Origin: Planctomycetota bacterium
Lineage (GTDB): Bacteria; Planctomycetota; Planctomycetia; Pirellulales; Pirellulaceae
DNA: 64,000 bases
Assembly: GCA_963205385.1 (NCBI GenBank)
Contig: CAUJKE010000079.1
Coordinates: 46-64,045, forward strand
Direction: 5' to 3'
Below the pieces are notes generated by a model. The model made no database searches and had not been told where the DNA came from. It was given only the letters and a program-made list of their open reading frames with translations. Shown here one piece after another: positions 1 to 9,138 of this stretch. The translations under genes and the position numbers were made by a program. Each line of letters begins with the position of its first letter. The stretch's first letter is position 1.

Positions 1-1333
1 CGCCCGGCTCGGGGCTATTCCAATCGGCCGGCGCGTCGCCGTTTCCCCACAGCACGATGTTGTCCTCGAAGTGGCGCTCGAGTTCGACTTTCGCCAACTT
101 CGGCTTGCCGGAGACGATTTCCTCCTCGAAGTAAAACGTTTCGTCGTAGTCGATCAGGTCGTACAAGATCACAAACGTATTGTTCTCGCGACGTTTGTAC
201 TGCCGCGCGACGACGTCGGTGATTTTCTGGTCCTTCAGGACGCGTTTGCAGGTAATATCTGGATCGAGGCCGACGTTCACTTCCACGCGGTCCCCGATCG
301 GCACATACTTCGTTTGCGTGCCGCCTATATAGGCGAGGTCTTTGTTTGCATATTCAAAGAACAAGCGCACGTTGCCGTTGGGGAGGGGCGAAGTGCCAAG
401 GTTTTCCATGTCCGGCAGTTTCTTTTCCTTACCGGCGTCATCCTGCAGTTTTTCGTTTTTGAAACGATAAAACTTGACGAAGTTCGCGCCCCCTTCGCGA
501 TCGGTGAGCTTGTAGATGGACTCGAGCGGCACTTCGGCCACCTTCATCGACACCAGCCGCTTGGGCTCGCCGTCCTTGATCTCTTCTCGGCCGGCAATGC
601 TGAACAGGAAATACTCCGAGAGCCCTTGCTTCACGACCTTGGGGGGTTCGGCCGCGCCGCCTCCCAAGCCGCCTGCCGCTGCTTGCGGCAGCGCCTCTGC
701 GACGGCTTTGTGCAGTTCGTCGCGGACTTGTTCGCGTAGCGCCCCCGGGAGTTCGTTGTAAGGCTGCGGCGCTGGGAGTTGTGCGAGTTGCGCAATCTTC
801 TCCACCAGGTTGATATTGCCGACAACGAGCCGTGTCTCGGCATTGTCATACAGCTCGCCGGAGTTGTTCAGCACGCGCACGTAGCCAGTGAGTTGCAGCG
901 AGGTTTCTTCCTGATTCGCAATGCCGACGTAATCCGCGCTCCAGGTGATGCCGGACGTGAAATAGCGAATCTCAATCGGCACTTTGCCGGCCAGTTCGCT
1001 GGCGATATTCCACTGCAAGGCGTCGTTGCGGCCGCTCGGAAAGGTCGTATCGAGCAGGTTCACCTGGTCCTGATTGTCGAGAATGCGAAAGTCGATGCTG
1101 GTCGGGTCGATGAGCGTGTTGGCCCAGGTGAACTGAATCCGATTCACCCCCTTCTTCAGCGTCAACAGCCGGTGCTCGCGGACCATGGTGATATCTTCGC
1201 TGTTGTAAATCGTGAGCTGCGTCCCCTCGCGGCGTGGAATCGTCACGAGATCGACATCGCCAAACAGCGGACGCGCGGCGATTGAAGCACCCCCCACCGC
1301 GATGAGGGAGAGAAAATAACGACGAGCAAGCAT
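1..1333 (-). CDS. DUF4139-like secreted protein, 3' end cut by window edge
   Basis: Not in the supplied ORF track because it has no in-window stop. My reverse-complement translation from ATG 1333..1331 stays open to nt 2: MLARRYFLSLIAVGGASIAARPLFGDVDLVTIPRREGTQLTIYNSEDITMVREHRLLTLKKGVNRIQFTWANTLIDPTSIDFRIL...GITWSADYVG... It has a signal-peptide-like N-terminus. Family assignment is recalled from the DUF4140/DUF4139 layout. The + strand ORFs 71..739 and 779..1285 are shadow ORFs of this gene. Confidence 0.6.
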   Translation of the reverse strand, partial: MLARRYFLSLIAVGGASIAARPLFGDVDLVTIPRREGTQLTIYNSEDITMVREHRLLTLKKGVNRIQFTWANTLIDPTSIDFRILDNQDQVNLLDTTFPSGRNDALQWNIASELAGKVPIEIRYFTSGITWSADYVGIANQEETSLQLTGYVRVLNNSGELYDNAETRLVVGNINLVEKIAQLAQLPAPQPYNELPGALREQVRDELHKAVAEALPQAAAGGLGGGAAEPPKVVKQGLSEYFLFSIAGREEIKDGEPKRLVSMKVAEVPLESIYKLTDREGGANFVKFYRFKNEKLQDDAGKEKKLPDMENLGTSPLPNGNVRLFFEYANKDLAYIGGTQTKYVPIGDRVEVNVGLDPDITCKRVLKDQKITDVVARQYKRRENNTFVILYDLIDYDETFYFEEEIVSGKPKLAKVELERHFEDNIVLWGNGDAPADWNSPEPG

Positions 1334-1483
1334 GAGCGCACCTTCCAATTAGTGAGGAGCGAGGAGAATTGACGCCGAAGTTGCGTGAGGTCGTCGCCAG
1401 GCAAAACAATGGACGCCGCAGGCAGTAAAAAAGTTTCGCGGATTCTGGAAGTCGTCCGCCGGCCAGCAAAACAACGCTCGTCT

Positions 1484-1498
1484 GGACAACTGTTGTCC
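1484..1498. promoter_or_regulatory. Perfect 15-bp palindrome, candidate MarR operator
   Basis: GGACAAC-T-GTTGTCC lies about 20 nt upstream of the marR-family ATG (1519), in the divergent intergenic region. This is the typical place for MarR autoregulation. Confidence 0.4.
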
Positions 1499-1518
1499 GG
1501 CGGAGTATCGTGCTACGC

Positions 1519-2004
1519 ATGAGTTCCTCTGCACCCCAACCGACCACGCGGCACTTCGACTCGCTCCCGCAGGAAGCGTTCTTGAATCTGTGGCGGACCT
1601 ACGAACGGCTCAAGGCGTTCGAGGATGAACTGTTCAGCCAGTTCGACCTCACGCCGCAGCAATACAACATCCTGCGCCTCCTCAAGGGGGCGCAACCGGA
1701 AGCGCTTCCAACCTTGGCGCTCGCGAGCAAGCTGGTTTCGCAAGCTCCAGATATCACGCGAATGCTGGACAAACTCGAACAGCACGGCTGGATTTCGCGC
1801 CATCGCCCGGCGGAGAATCGCCGGCTGGTGCTCGTCAGCATTACCGACGTGGGACTGAAGCTCGTCAAGCAGATCGACAAGCCGCTGCGCGAGTGTCATC
1901 AGCGACAGTTGGGGCATCTCTCCGCGAAGCAGTTGACGCAACTCGTCGCCTTGCTGCACGCGGCGCGGGCGCCGCACGAGCCCCCCGACGGTGCCTGGAA
2001 ATAA
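1519..2004 (+). CDS. MarR family transcriptional regulator
   Basis: ORF 1510..2004, first ATG at 1519. Winged-helix MarR pattern: LTPQQYNILRLLKGAQPEALPTLALASKLVSQAPDITRMLDKLEQHGWISRHRPAENRRLVLVSITDVG. Confidence 0.85.
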   Translation: MSSSAPQPTTRHFDSLPQEAFLNLWRTYERLKAFEDELFSQFDLTPQQYNILRLLKGAQPEALPTLALASKLVSQAPDITRMLDKLEQHGWISRHRPAENRRLVLVSITDVGLKLVKQIDKPLRECHQRQLGHLSAKQLTQLVALLHAARAPHEPPDGAWK

Positions 2005-2037
2005 CGTGTTCTCCATTTCATTGACACACTCCTGACG

Positions 2038-3396
2038 ATGCTTATGCTTCCGCTGATCGTGGCCTCGGTTGATACGGGTATCGAGCAGGTGATGCTCAAG
2101 GTGATGCTCCAATTGGTCGTCATCATCGTGGCGGCGCGCATCGGCGCGATTGTCTTTCGCTGGTGCAAGCAACCGGCGGTGGTGGGCGAGATCGCCGCGG
2201 GGTTACTGCTTGGACCTTCGTGTTTGGGGTACTTGTTTCCGAATGCGTCGGAGTTCGTGTTCGACCCCGCGTACAATCAAGTGTTCGGCGTGTTGAGCCA
2301 ACTCGGCTTGATCCTGCTATTGTTCACCATTGGCCTCGAATTCGACTTCGGCCACTTGCGCTGGCATGGCAAAGCGGCGCTCGCGATTTCACTCATGGGA
2401 ATCTTGTTTCCGTTTGGCTTGGGAATCGGCATGGCTCCGTTCATGCACCCCTATCTGGAGCCAGCCGCCACGGGGAATTCCGTGCCATTTCTTGGCTTCG
2501 CGCTCTTCATGGGGATCGCGATGTCGATCACGGCGATTCCGATCTTGGGCCGCATGATGATGGAACTTGGCATCACGCGTACGAAAATCGGCGCGGTGAC
2601 GATTTCGGCGGCGGCGGTGGATGACGCCTGTGGCTGGATATTGCTCGCAACCGTCTCCAGCATCGTGCAAGCAAATTTCGAGTGGCAAGCGACGCTGCGG
2701 ATGCTCGGGCTGACGCTCGGCTTCACGGCCCTCATGCTTTACGCCATTCGCCCGCTGCTGAAAAAGTTCATCCGTTGGTCGGCAGCGCGCGACGGCGAGG
2801 AGATCGGCTTGAACTCGCTGGCGATTGTCCTCGTGGTGCTGATGCTCTGCGCCATGGCGACCAACTTAATCGGGATCTTTAGCATCTTCGGCGCGTTTAT
2901 GCTGGGAACGGTCCTCTCCGATGAGCCTGAGTTCCGCGAAGCGCTCGCCCGGCAATTGCGCAACTTTCTGACGGTGTTCCTCTTGCCCATTTTCTTCACC
3001 TATACCGGGCTGCGAACCAACATCGGCTCCCTGGCGACGCCGATGCACTGGCTGCTGTTCGCAGGCGTGTTGTTCTCCGCGATCTTCGGAAAGCTGGGCG
3101 GCTGCGCCCTGGCCGCGTGGGGCGGCGGCTTCTCGCGCCGTGACGCACTCTGCATCGGCGTGATGATGAACACGCGGGCCTTGATGGAACTGATTGTGAT
3201 CAATGTCGGCCGGGAACTAGGCGTGATTCCCGACAGCGTCTTTTGTATGCTCGTGTTGATGGCCTTGCTGACGACGATCATGACGACGCCGCTGCTGTTG
3301 GTTCTCATGCGCGGGACGGAATTAGAACCGCACATTCTGGAGAGCGGTTTTTTAACGCCCCGCCGCATCGTTGAGAAAGCGCCGGTTGCGGTATGA
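2038..3396 (+). CDS. Cation:proton antiporter (CPA2/Kef-type Na+(K+)/H+ exchanger)
   Basis: 452-aa polytopic membrane protein. The N-terminal QPAVVGEIAAGLLLGPSCLG segment and overall hydrophobic pattern are typical of CPA2 exchangers. It starts 33 nt after the marR stop, so it is likely co-transcribed. Confidence 0.8.
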   Translation: MLMLPLIVASVDTGIEQVMLKVMLQLVVIIVAARIGAIVFRWCKQPAVVGEIAAGLLLGPSCLGYLFPNASEFVFDPAYNQVFGVLSQLGLILLLFTIGLEFDFGHLRWHGKAALAISLMGILFPFGLGIGMAPFMHPYLEPAATGNSVPFLGFALFMGIAMSITAIPILGRMMMELGITRTKIGAVTISAAAVDDACGWILLATVSSIVQANFEWQATLRMLGLTLGFTALMLYAIRPLLKKFIRWSAARDGEEIGLNSLAIVLVVLMLCAMATNLIGIFSIFGAFMLGTVLSDEPEFREALARQLRNFLTVFLLPIFFTYTGLRTNIGSLATPMHWLLFAGVLFSAIFGKLGGCALAAWGGGFSRRDALCIGVMMNTRALMELIVINVGRELGVIPDSVFCMLVLMALLTTIMTTPLLLVLMRGTELEPHILESGFLTPRRIVEKAPVAV

Positions 3397-3445
3397 TGCG
3401 CAAGACCGTCAGCATCCCTTCCTCCTGCAGCAAAGTTGGTGCGCG

Positions 3446-3985
3446 ATGTCCGACACAGTTCCCGCCAAAATCGGCATAGTCACCGTCTCCGACCGCGCCA
3501 GTCGCGGCGAATACGTGGATCGCGGCGGCCCGGCGATTCATGAGTATTTCGCCGCGGTGCTGACTTCCGCCTGGGAGGCCGTGGCGCGTGTGATTCCCGA
3601 TGAACAACCGCTCGTCGAACAAACGCTGATCGACCTCGCGGATCACGCACGCTGCGCGCTGATCGTCACCACCGGCGGCACCGGCCCCGCACTCCGCGAC
3701 ATCACACCGGAAGCGACCACGGCGGTTTGTCATAAGCTCATGCCTGGCTTCGGCGAACTGATGCGCGCCGTCTCCCTCACCAAAGTCGCCACGGCCATCC
3801 TCTCGCGCCAAACCGCCGGCATTCGCGGCCAGTCCCTCATTATCAACTTGCCTGGTCAACCCAAAGCCATCGCCGAATGCCTCGACGCCGTGATGCCTGC
3901 CGTGCCGTATTGCCTTGATCTCTTGGATGGGCCGTATTTAACGACGGACGAGAACCGCGTGAAGGCGTTCCGGCCAAAGAAGTGA
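3446..3985 (+). CDS. mog: Molybdopterin adenylyltransferase (MogA/MoaB fold)
   Basis: ORF 3371..3985, probable ATG at 3446. MSDTVPAKIGIVTVSDRASRGEYVDRGG...LIVTTGGTGPALRDITPEAT...LIINLPGQPKA matches the MogA pattern. Confidence 0.85.
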   Translation: MSDTVPAKIGIVTVSDRASRGEYVDRGGPAIHEYFAAVLTSAWEAVARVIPDEQPLVEQTLIDLADHARCALIVTTGGTGPALRDITPEATTAVCHKLMPGFGELMRAVSLTKVATAILSRQTAGIRGQSLIINLPGQPKAIAECLDAVMPAVPYCLDLLDGPYLTTDENRVKAFRPKK

Positions 3986-4056
3986 CGGTTGCTCCCACGA
4001 TTGGCAGGCGTGATAATGGAGTGCGACCAGCGCGAGTTGGCTCAAGGATTAATCGC

Positions 4057-4728
4057 ATGGCGACGACCGTCGAAACGACCTTCACCTATAAAACGCTCGC
4101 GGACGCCTTCACCGCGGCGCGCGAGGTTCCGCTCGACCGGATTCGCATGCACCCGCAGCCTGGCACCGCCACGGAACGCGACCTTTTGGAATGGAATGAC
4201 CAGAAACGTGGATTGTGCGAACTCATTAATGGCATCTTGGTAGAGAAGACCGCCGGCCTCTACGAAGCTGTGATTGCTGGCCATATTGCCACCGAGCTCA
4301 ATGTCTACGTGCGCGGCAAGAACCTCGGCCTTGTGCTGGGCGCAGGCGGGCCGCTACGTATGTCGCCGGGCCAGATTCGCCTTCCCGACGCGTCCTATTT
4401 GTCTTGGGAAAAATTTCCCGGCTGCCGGCTGCCAAGAGAAGCCGTGTGGAGACTGCCTCCCGATCTGGCGGTGGAAGTGCTTAGTCCCAGCAACTCCGAC
4501 AAAGAAATCGCCCTGAAAATTGAAGAGTACTTCGCCGCGGGGGCGAAGTTGGTGTGGATCATCGATCCGGTCACGCAGACGACCAAAGTCTATCGCTCCA
4601 CCAGCGACGTGCAGACATTGTCCCGTTCCGAATCGCTCTCCGGAGAAGAGTTGCTGCCCGGCCTGTCGATTCCGCTGGCCCGCATCTTCACCCACAACGC
4701 CATCACAGGCGAGCCCTTGCCTGACTGA
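4057..4728 (+). CDS. Uma2 family (DUF820) PD-(D/E)xK endonuclease-like protein
   Basis: ORF 3982..4728, probable ATG at 4057. The PDLAVEVLSPSNSDKEIALKIEEYFAAGAKLVWIIDP core is the hallmark Uma2 motif block. Confidence 0.8.
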   Translation: MATTVETTFTYKTLADAFTAAREVPLDRIRMHPQPGTATERDLLEWNDQKRGLCELINGILVEKTAGLYEAVIAGHIATELNVYVRGKNLGLVLGAGGPLRMSPGQIRLPDASYLSWEKFPGCRLPREAVWRLPPDLAVEVLSPSNSDKEIALKIEEYFAAGAKLVWIIDPVTQTTKVYRSTSDVQTLSRSESLSGEELLPGLSIPLARIFTHNAITGEPLPD

Positions 4729-4754
4729 ACGAGATAGCCTCGCCGACGATTGGC

Positions 4755-5351
4755 TCAGCCCAGCAAATACACCACGGTCGACTTCGGCCCGTGCGCGCCG
4801 ATCACGAGGGACTGTTCAATATCGGCCGTCTTCGATGGGCCCGCGATGAACGCTCCAAAGCCTGGCGAATCGAAGCTGAGGCGTTCGTACGCCTGGTGCA
4901 TGTTGCTGAGAATCTGATCGCGCGGCACGACGAACGCCAGGTGCTGGCAAATGAAATAGATCACGCGGTGCTTGACGTTTTCATCCGTCACCCACAGCGC
5001 CCCGTTCTCGGCCACCGCGAACTTCGCCGGGAGCACCGCGAACTCGATCGTTTCTGCTTGATGCGGGTCGTCGAGCGCGTCTAAATCCACGTTCGCCCTG
5101 GCAATGCCGGGCACCAGCGAGCAAATTTGCCTCGCTTCCACATACAAGTCGTGCTGGTCCAAATCTCGTTGCACGTCTTCGATGCTGTTCGCGACGACCA
5201 CACGTCCGCCAATCCCGGTCAGCGTTTCCGTATAGTGCTGCTGCGGATCGTCATACACCAGCGGCGCAAAGTCGAGCGGCGGCAATTCGCGCGGCGGCAA
5301 CTGCTGACGACGAATCGCGGCCAGGATCTGATCTTTGGAACTTGAACTCAT
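4755..5351 (-). CDS. lutC: Lactate utilisation protein C (LUD domain, YkgG-like)
   Basis: 198 aa. LUD-domain pattern (AENGALWVTDE...FIAGPSKTADIEQ.LV.GAHGP). ATGA overlap with the lutB stop (5348..5351). Confidence 0.85.
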   Translation of the reverse strand: MSSSSKDQILAAIRRQQLPPRELPPLDFAPLVYDDPQQHYTETLTGIGGRVVVANSIEDVQRDLDQHDLYVEARQICSLVPGIARANVDLDALDDPHQAETIEFAVLPAKFAVAENGALWVTDENVKHRVIYFICQHLAFVVPRDQILSNMHQAYERLSFDSPGFGAFIAGPSKTADIEQSLVIGAHGPKSTVVYLLG

Positions 5352-6745
5352 GACTTCCCGTTTTTCGCTTGCCGCTGTCGATACAACGCGCGAAAGCTCT
5401 GCTTCGGCGCCAGCGGCAACTCACGCTGTTTGCCCCACGCGTTCAAACCGTTGTAAATCATAAACCGCGGCGACCAGCGCAGCGCAAAACGCCCGAGCGA
5501 CCCGGCCAGGCGATATAGCCACGGGCGACGCAGCACCAGGCTCATCATCCGCATGCTCAGTCGCTTGCTCCACGGCAAATAGCCCCGCACCGCAATCTCG
5601 CGCCGCCAGGTGAGGAGCTGATGATGAATGTCGATCTTCACCGGGCAAACATCGTCACAACTGCCGCACAAGCTGCACGCATACGGCAGGCTATAATACG
5701 TCTCGGCGTCGCGACTGGGAGCGAGAATCGAGCCGATCGGCCCTGGTATGGTGGATTGATAACTGTGTCCGCCGCTGCGCCGGTACACCGGGCAGGTGTT
5801 CATGCACGCGCCGCAGCGGATGCAATTCAGCGAGCGGCGAAACTCGTCGCTTCTGAGGATATCCGTCCGGCCATTATCGACCAGCACAATATGCAACTCG
5901 CCGCCGGGGCGCGGGCCATGAAAGTGCGATGAATACGTCGTGATCGGCTGCCCCGTCGCGCTGCGGGCCAACAGTCGCAAGAACACGGCTAAGTGTTTCG
6001 CCTGGGGAATCAGCTTCTCGATCCCCAGGCAGGCAATATGCAGCTTCGGCAGCGAGACGCCGAGGTCCGCGTTCCCTTCGTTGGTGCAGACCACAAACCC
6101 GCCGGTCTCGGCGACGGCGAAATTCACGCCGGTGATGCCGGCCTCCGCCTCCATGAACGTCTCGCGCAGCTTGCGGCGCGCGGCGCGGGCGAGATAGGTC
6201 GGATCGGAGGCTCCCTTTTCCGTGCCGATCTTCTCATGGAACAGTTCGCCAACTTCCTCGCGCTTGATATGAATGGCCGGAAGCACGATATGGCTCGGCG
6301 GCTCGTTCCGCAATTGCACAATCCATTCGCCAAGGTCCGTATCCACCACGTCAATCCCGTGCCGATTCAGAAACGGATTGAGGTGGCACTCCTCGGTCAG
6401 CATCGACTTACTCTTGGCGGCCTTCTTCACGCCGTGCTGCTGCAAAATGCCGAGCACGATCTCGTTATGCTCGGCGGCGTCCTTGGCGAAATGCACATGC
6501 GCGCCCAGCTTTGTCGCCTGACGTTCAAACTGTTCGAGCAACTCGGCCAGGTGCGCGATCGTGTACGCCTTGATGCTGGACGCCGTCTCGCGGAGCGCTT
6601 CCCACTCCGGCAGCGAGTTCGCCATGCGATCGCGCTTCTGCCGCACGAACCACAGCGCCTGATCGTGCCACTTCGCCCGCGCGTGATTGGCGACGAACGC
6701 GGTAGCGTCATCGGCATGATTGAATTTTTCAGTGGCGGTAGGCAT
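5348..6745 (-). CDS. lutB: Lactate utilisation protein B (Fe-S, YkgF-like)
   Basis: 465 aa. Two ferredoxin-type motifs, CIRCGACMNTCPVY and CSLCGSCDDVCPVKI, plus a LUD-type domain. It sits between lutA and lutC. Confidence 0.9.
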   Translation of the reverse strand: MPTATEKFNHADDATAFVANHARAKWHDQALWFVRQKRDRMANSLPEWEALRETASSIKAYTIAHLAELLEQFERQATKLGAHVHFAKDAAEHNEIVLGILQQHGVKKAAKSKSMLTEECHLNPFLNRHGIDVVDTDLGEWIVQLRNEPPSHIVLPAIHIKREEVGELFHEKIGTEKGASDPTYLARAARRKLRETFMEAEAGITGVNFAVAETGGFVVCTNEGNADLGVSLPKLHIACLGIEKLIPQAKHLAVFLRLLARSATGQPITTYSSHFHGPRPGGELHIVLVDNGRTDILRSDEFRRSLNCIRCGACMNTCPVYRRSGGHSYQSTIPGPIGSILAPSRDAETYYSLPYACSLCGSCDDVCPVKIDIHHQLLTWRREIAVRGYLPWSKRLSMRMMSLVLRRPWLYRLAGSLGRFALRWSPRFMIYNGLNAWGKQRELPLAPKQSFRALYRQRQAKNGKS

Positions 6746-6768
6746 CAGCGGAACTCAGTCTCAACGGG

Positions 6769-7518
6769 TTACGGCGTCATCGCCTCCGCCAAAATCTCCG
6801 CGATATGCATCACGCGGAGCGGCTTCTTCTGGCGGCGAATCAGCCCTTCCAGGTGCATCAAACAACTCATGTCGCTGGCGGTGATGATCTCCGAGCCGGC
6901 CGTTTCATGATCGGCGACGCGGTCGAGCCCCATCATGCAGGAGACCGCCTCTTCATTGACCGCGAACGTCCCGCCAAAGCCGCAGCATTCATCCACGCGC
7001 GAAAGCTCGGCGAACGAGATGCCGTTGAGTCCCGCCAACAACTGCCGCGATTTATTATACGCGGGGCCAACCGTCTCGCTGCCCTTGCCCAGCCGCAACT
7101 CGCGCAGGCCATGGCAACTGTTGTGCAGCCCCACCTTATGCGGGAATTTGCCCCCGAGCTGGTCGATCTTCAGCACGTCCACCAAAAACTCGCAAAGTTC
7201 AAACACGCGGTGCTTGAACGGCTCAAACGCCGGCTCGCTCTGAAAATAGTCGTCGTAATGGGTCCGCACCATCGACGTGCAACTCCCCGACGGGCAGACG
7301 ACATATTCGTAATCGCGAAAAATCTCGAAGAACCGGTGGGCCAGCGGCGCAGCCTGGTCGGTGCAGCCGGTATTGGCCATCGGCTGGCCGCAACACGTTT
7401 GCGCCGTCGGATAATCCACCTCCACTCCCAACCGCTCCAGCACCGTGACGGTCGCCAGCCCCACCTGCGGGTAAAACTGATCGATATAACAGGGAATAAA
7501 GAGACCGACGCGAGGCAT
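6769..7518 (-). CDS. lutA: Lactate utilisation protein A ((Fe-S)-binding CCG-domain protein, YkgE-like)
   Basis: 249 aa. MPRVGLFIPCYIDQFYPQVG...AQTCCGQP and a second CCG motif (ECCGFGG). First gene of lutABC. Confidence 0.9.
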   Translation of the reverse strand: MPRVGLFIPCYIDQFYPQVGLATVTVLERLGVEVDYPTAQTCCGQPMANTGCTDQAAPLAHRFFEIFRDYEYVVCPSGSCTSMVRTHYDDYFQSEPAFEPFKHRVFELCEFLVDVLKIDQLGGKFPHKVGLHNSCHGLRELRLGKGSETVGPAYNKSRQLLAGLNGISFAELSRVDECCGFGGTFAVNEEAVSCMMGLDRVADHETAGSEIITASDMSCLMHLEGLIRRQKKPLRVMHIAEILAEAMTP

Positions 7519-7585
7519 GGCGAACGTTGGTTCGAGGGAAGGGCTTTTTACCCAGTATAAAGGAACCGCGGCCTAACGCGAGGCG

Positions 7586-7993
7586 TCAGTGAGAACAGTT
7601 TCCCGCGGCATCGTCGGCGAGCAACATTAGTAATTTGTCATTCCCTCGCGGAAACTCGTAATCGCCCAAGCGCTTGCGCTCGACCCACATGAACGGTGCG
7701 CGAGGCTGGGCTTCGTCGCCAATCACGCGGCAGCGAAAGAAATGCAGGCGCACTTTGTCGTGCGGGTATGCGTGGGTATGCGTGGGATATTCGCTGAGCA
7801 CTTCAATTGCGAGCCCGGCTTCTTCCGCGCACTCGCGCACGGCGGCCTCCGCAGGCGATTCGCCGGGTTCGACTTTGCCGCCGGGGAATTCCCACAGTCC
7901 GGCGAGCGCCACGTTGGGAGGGCGCTGGCCGATGAGCAGTCGCCCGTTATGTTCGACCACGGCAATCGCGATGTCGGTGGGCATAGTCGGCAT
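7586..7993 (-). CDS. NUDIX hydrolase (MutT-like)
   Basis: 135 aa with the Nudix box GLWEFPGGKVEPGESPAEAAVRECAEEAGL. Confidence 0.85.
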   Translation of the reverse strand: MPTMPTDIAIAVVEHNGRLLIGQRPPNVALAGLWEFPGGKVEPGESPAEAAVRECAEEAGLAIEVLSEYPTHTHAYPHDKVRLHFFRCRVIGDEAQPRAPFMWVERKRLGDYEFPRGNDKLLMLLADDAAGNCSH

Positions 7994-8033
7994 CCCGCTC
8001 CGCGAGATGAACGCCTCACGCGGAGCGTGAGAT

Positions 8034-8870
8034 CTACGTTGCTGGCTGCGCCGCGGCCAGCTTATCCAACAACCGCCCCGGCGAGCCCATGATGTTGTAG
8101 CCGCCGTCGACGTGCAGGATTTCGCCGCTGATGCCGTTGGAATACGGGCTGAGCATGAACGCGCCGACGCGTCCCACTTCGTCGTGCGTGATGTTCCGTC
8201 CCAGCGGCGCGATTTGACTATAAAGCCAGATCATGTCTTTCGCTCCCACGGCGCTGCTCGCCAGCGTCTTGAGCGGGCCAGCGCTAATCGCGTTAACGCG
8301 CACCCCCTGGGGGCCCAAGTCGTACGCGGCGTACTTCACGCTCGCATCGAGCGCCGCCTTGCAAATGCCCATCACGTTGTAACCAGGCAAACACTTTTCG
8401 CCGCCGAAGTAGGTCATCGTCAGCACCGCGGATTCAGGCGCGAGCAAATCCTTGGCGGCGTTGCAAACGGCCAAGAAGCTGTAGGCGCTAATATCCATCG
8501 CCAGCTTGAAGCCTTCGCGGCTCGTGGCGATCGTTTCGTTCTTGAGGTCGTCGAGCGTGGCGAACGCGATTGAGTGGAGCACGAAGTCGAGCTGTCCCAG
8601 TTCGTCCTTCGCCGTGCTCATGAAGGCCGCGATGTCCTCGTCCTTCTGCACGTCCAAGGGAGCGACGAACTTGGCAAGCTCGGGATTGGGGTGCTTCTCG
8701 ATGCACTTCTTCACGCGGCCGGAGTTCTTCTTCCGATTGTCGCCGTCCGGCAAGTGCGAAAAGCCGCACACGCCTCCGGCGGCCATGATCTCGCTGGCAA
8801 TCGCCCACGCAATCGAAGCCTCGTTCGCCACGCCTAGTATCAACCCCTTTTTTCCCTCGAACATTCCCAT
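8034..8870 (-). CDS. fabI: Enoyl-[acyl-carrier-protein] reductase (NADH), FabI type
   Basis: ORF 8034..8942. I prefer the ATG at 8870, preceded by GAGGAG. KGLILGVANEASIAWAIA...YNVMGICKAALDASVKYAAYDLGPQGVRVNAISAGP is a FabI-type SDR pattern. Confidence 0.85.
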   Translation of the reverse strand: MGMFEGKKGLILGVANEASIAWAIASEIMAAGGVCGFSHLPDGDNRKKNSGRVKKCIEKHPNPELAKFVAPLDVQKDEDIAAFMSTAKDELGQLDFVLHSIAFATLDDLKNETIATSREGFKLAMDISAYSFLAVCNAAKDLLAPESAVLTMTYFGGEKCLPGYNVMGICKAALDASVKYAAYDLGPQGVRVNAISAGPLKTLASSAVGAKDMIWLYSQIAPLGRNITHDEVGRVGAFMLSPYSNGISGEILHVDGGYNIMGSPGRLLDKLAAAQPAT

Positions 8871-9138
8871 CACCGGCTCCTCAGTCACACGCCACTTCGG
8901 CAGAATCGTCAAAGGGGCGAGTCTAACACAGGGGTAGGACACGCTTCTAGGCTGTCAGTGCAGTAGATGTCATGAAGTAGGACACGCTACTAGCTTGCGT
9001 TTGAACCGCGAACCGGCCGGAAGCGTATCCTGCCTGCACATCGAATCGACGACACTTGCACCGCCCGGCTGTATCAAATACGCTACACTTACTCCCACCT
9101 CCTCTTGCAAGTGCTGGTCCGCCAAGGAGTTGCTACCG

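Noticed and set aside
71-1285. Plus-strand ORFs 71..739 and 779..1285, and minus-strand ORF 972..1547.
   Set aside because: They are shadow frames of the edge-truncated DUF4139-like gene on the minus strand. None has a recognisable motif.
4057-4728. Uma2 (DUF820) nuclease as a possible restriction or defence system.
   Set aside because: It is a solitary gene between mog and lutC. There is no methyltransferase, helicase, toxin/antitoxin partner or island features. Uma2 genes are often multi-copy housekeeping-like genes in such genomes.
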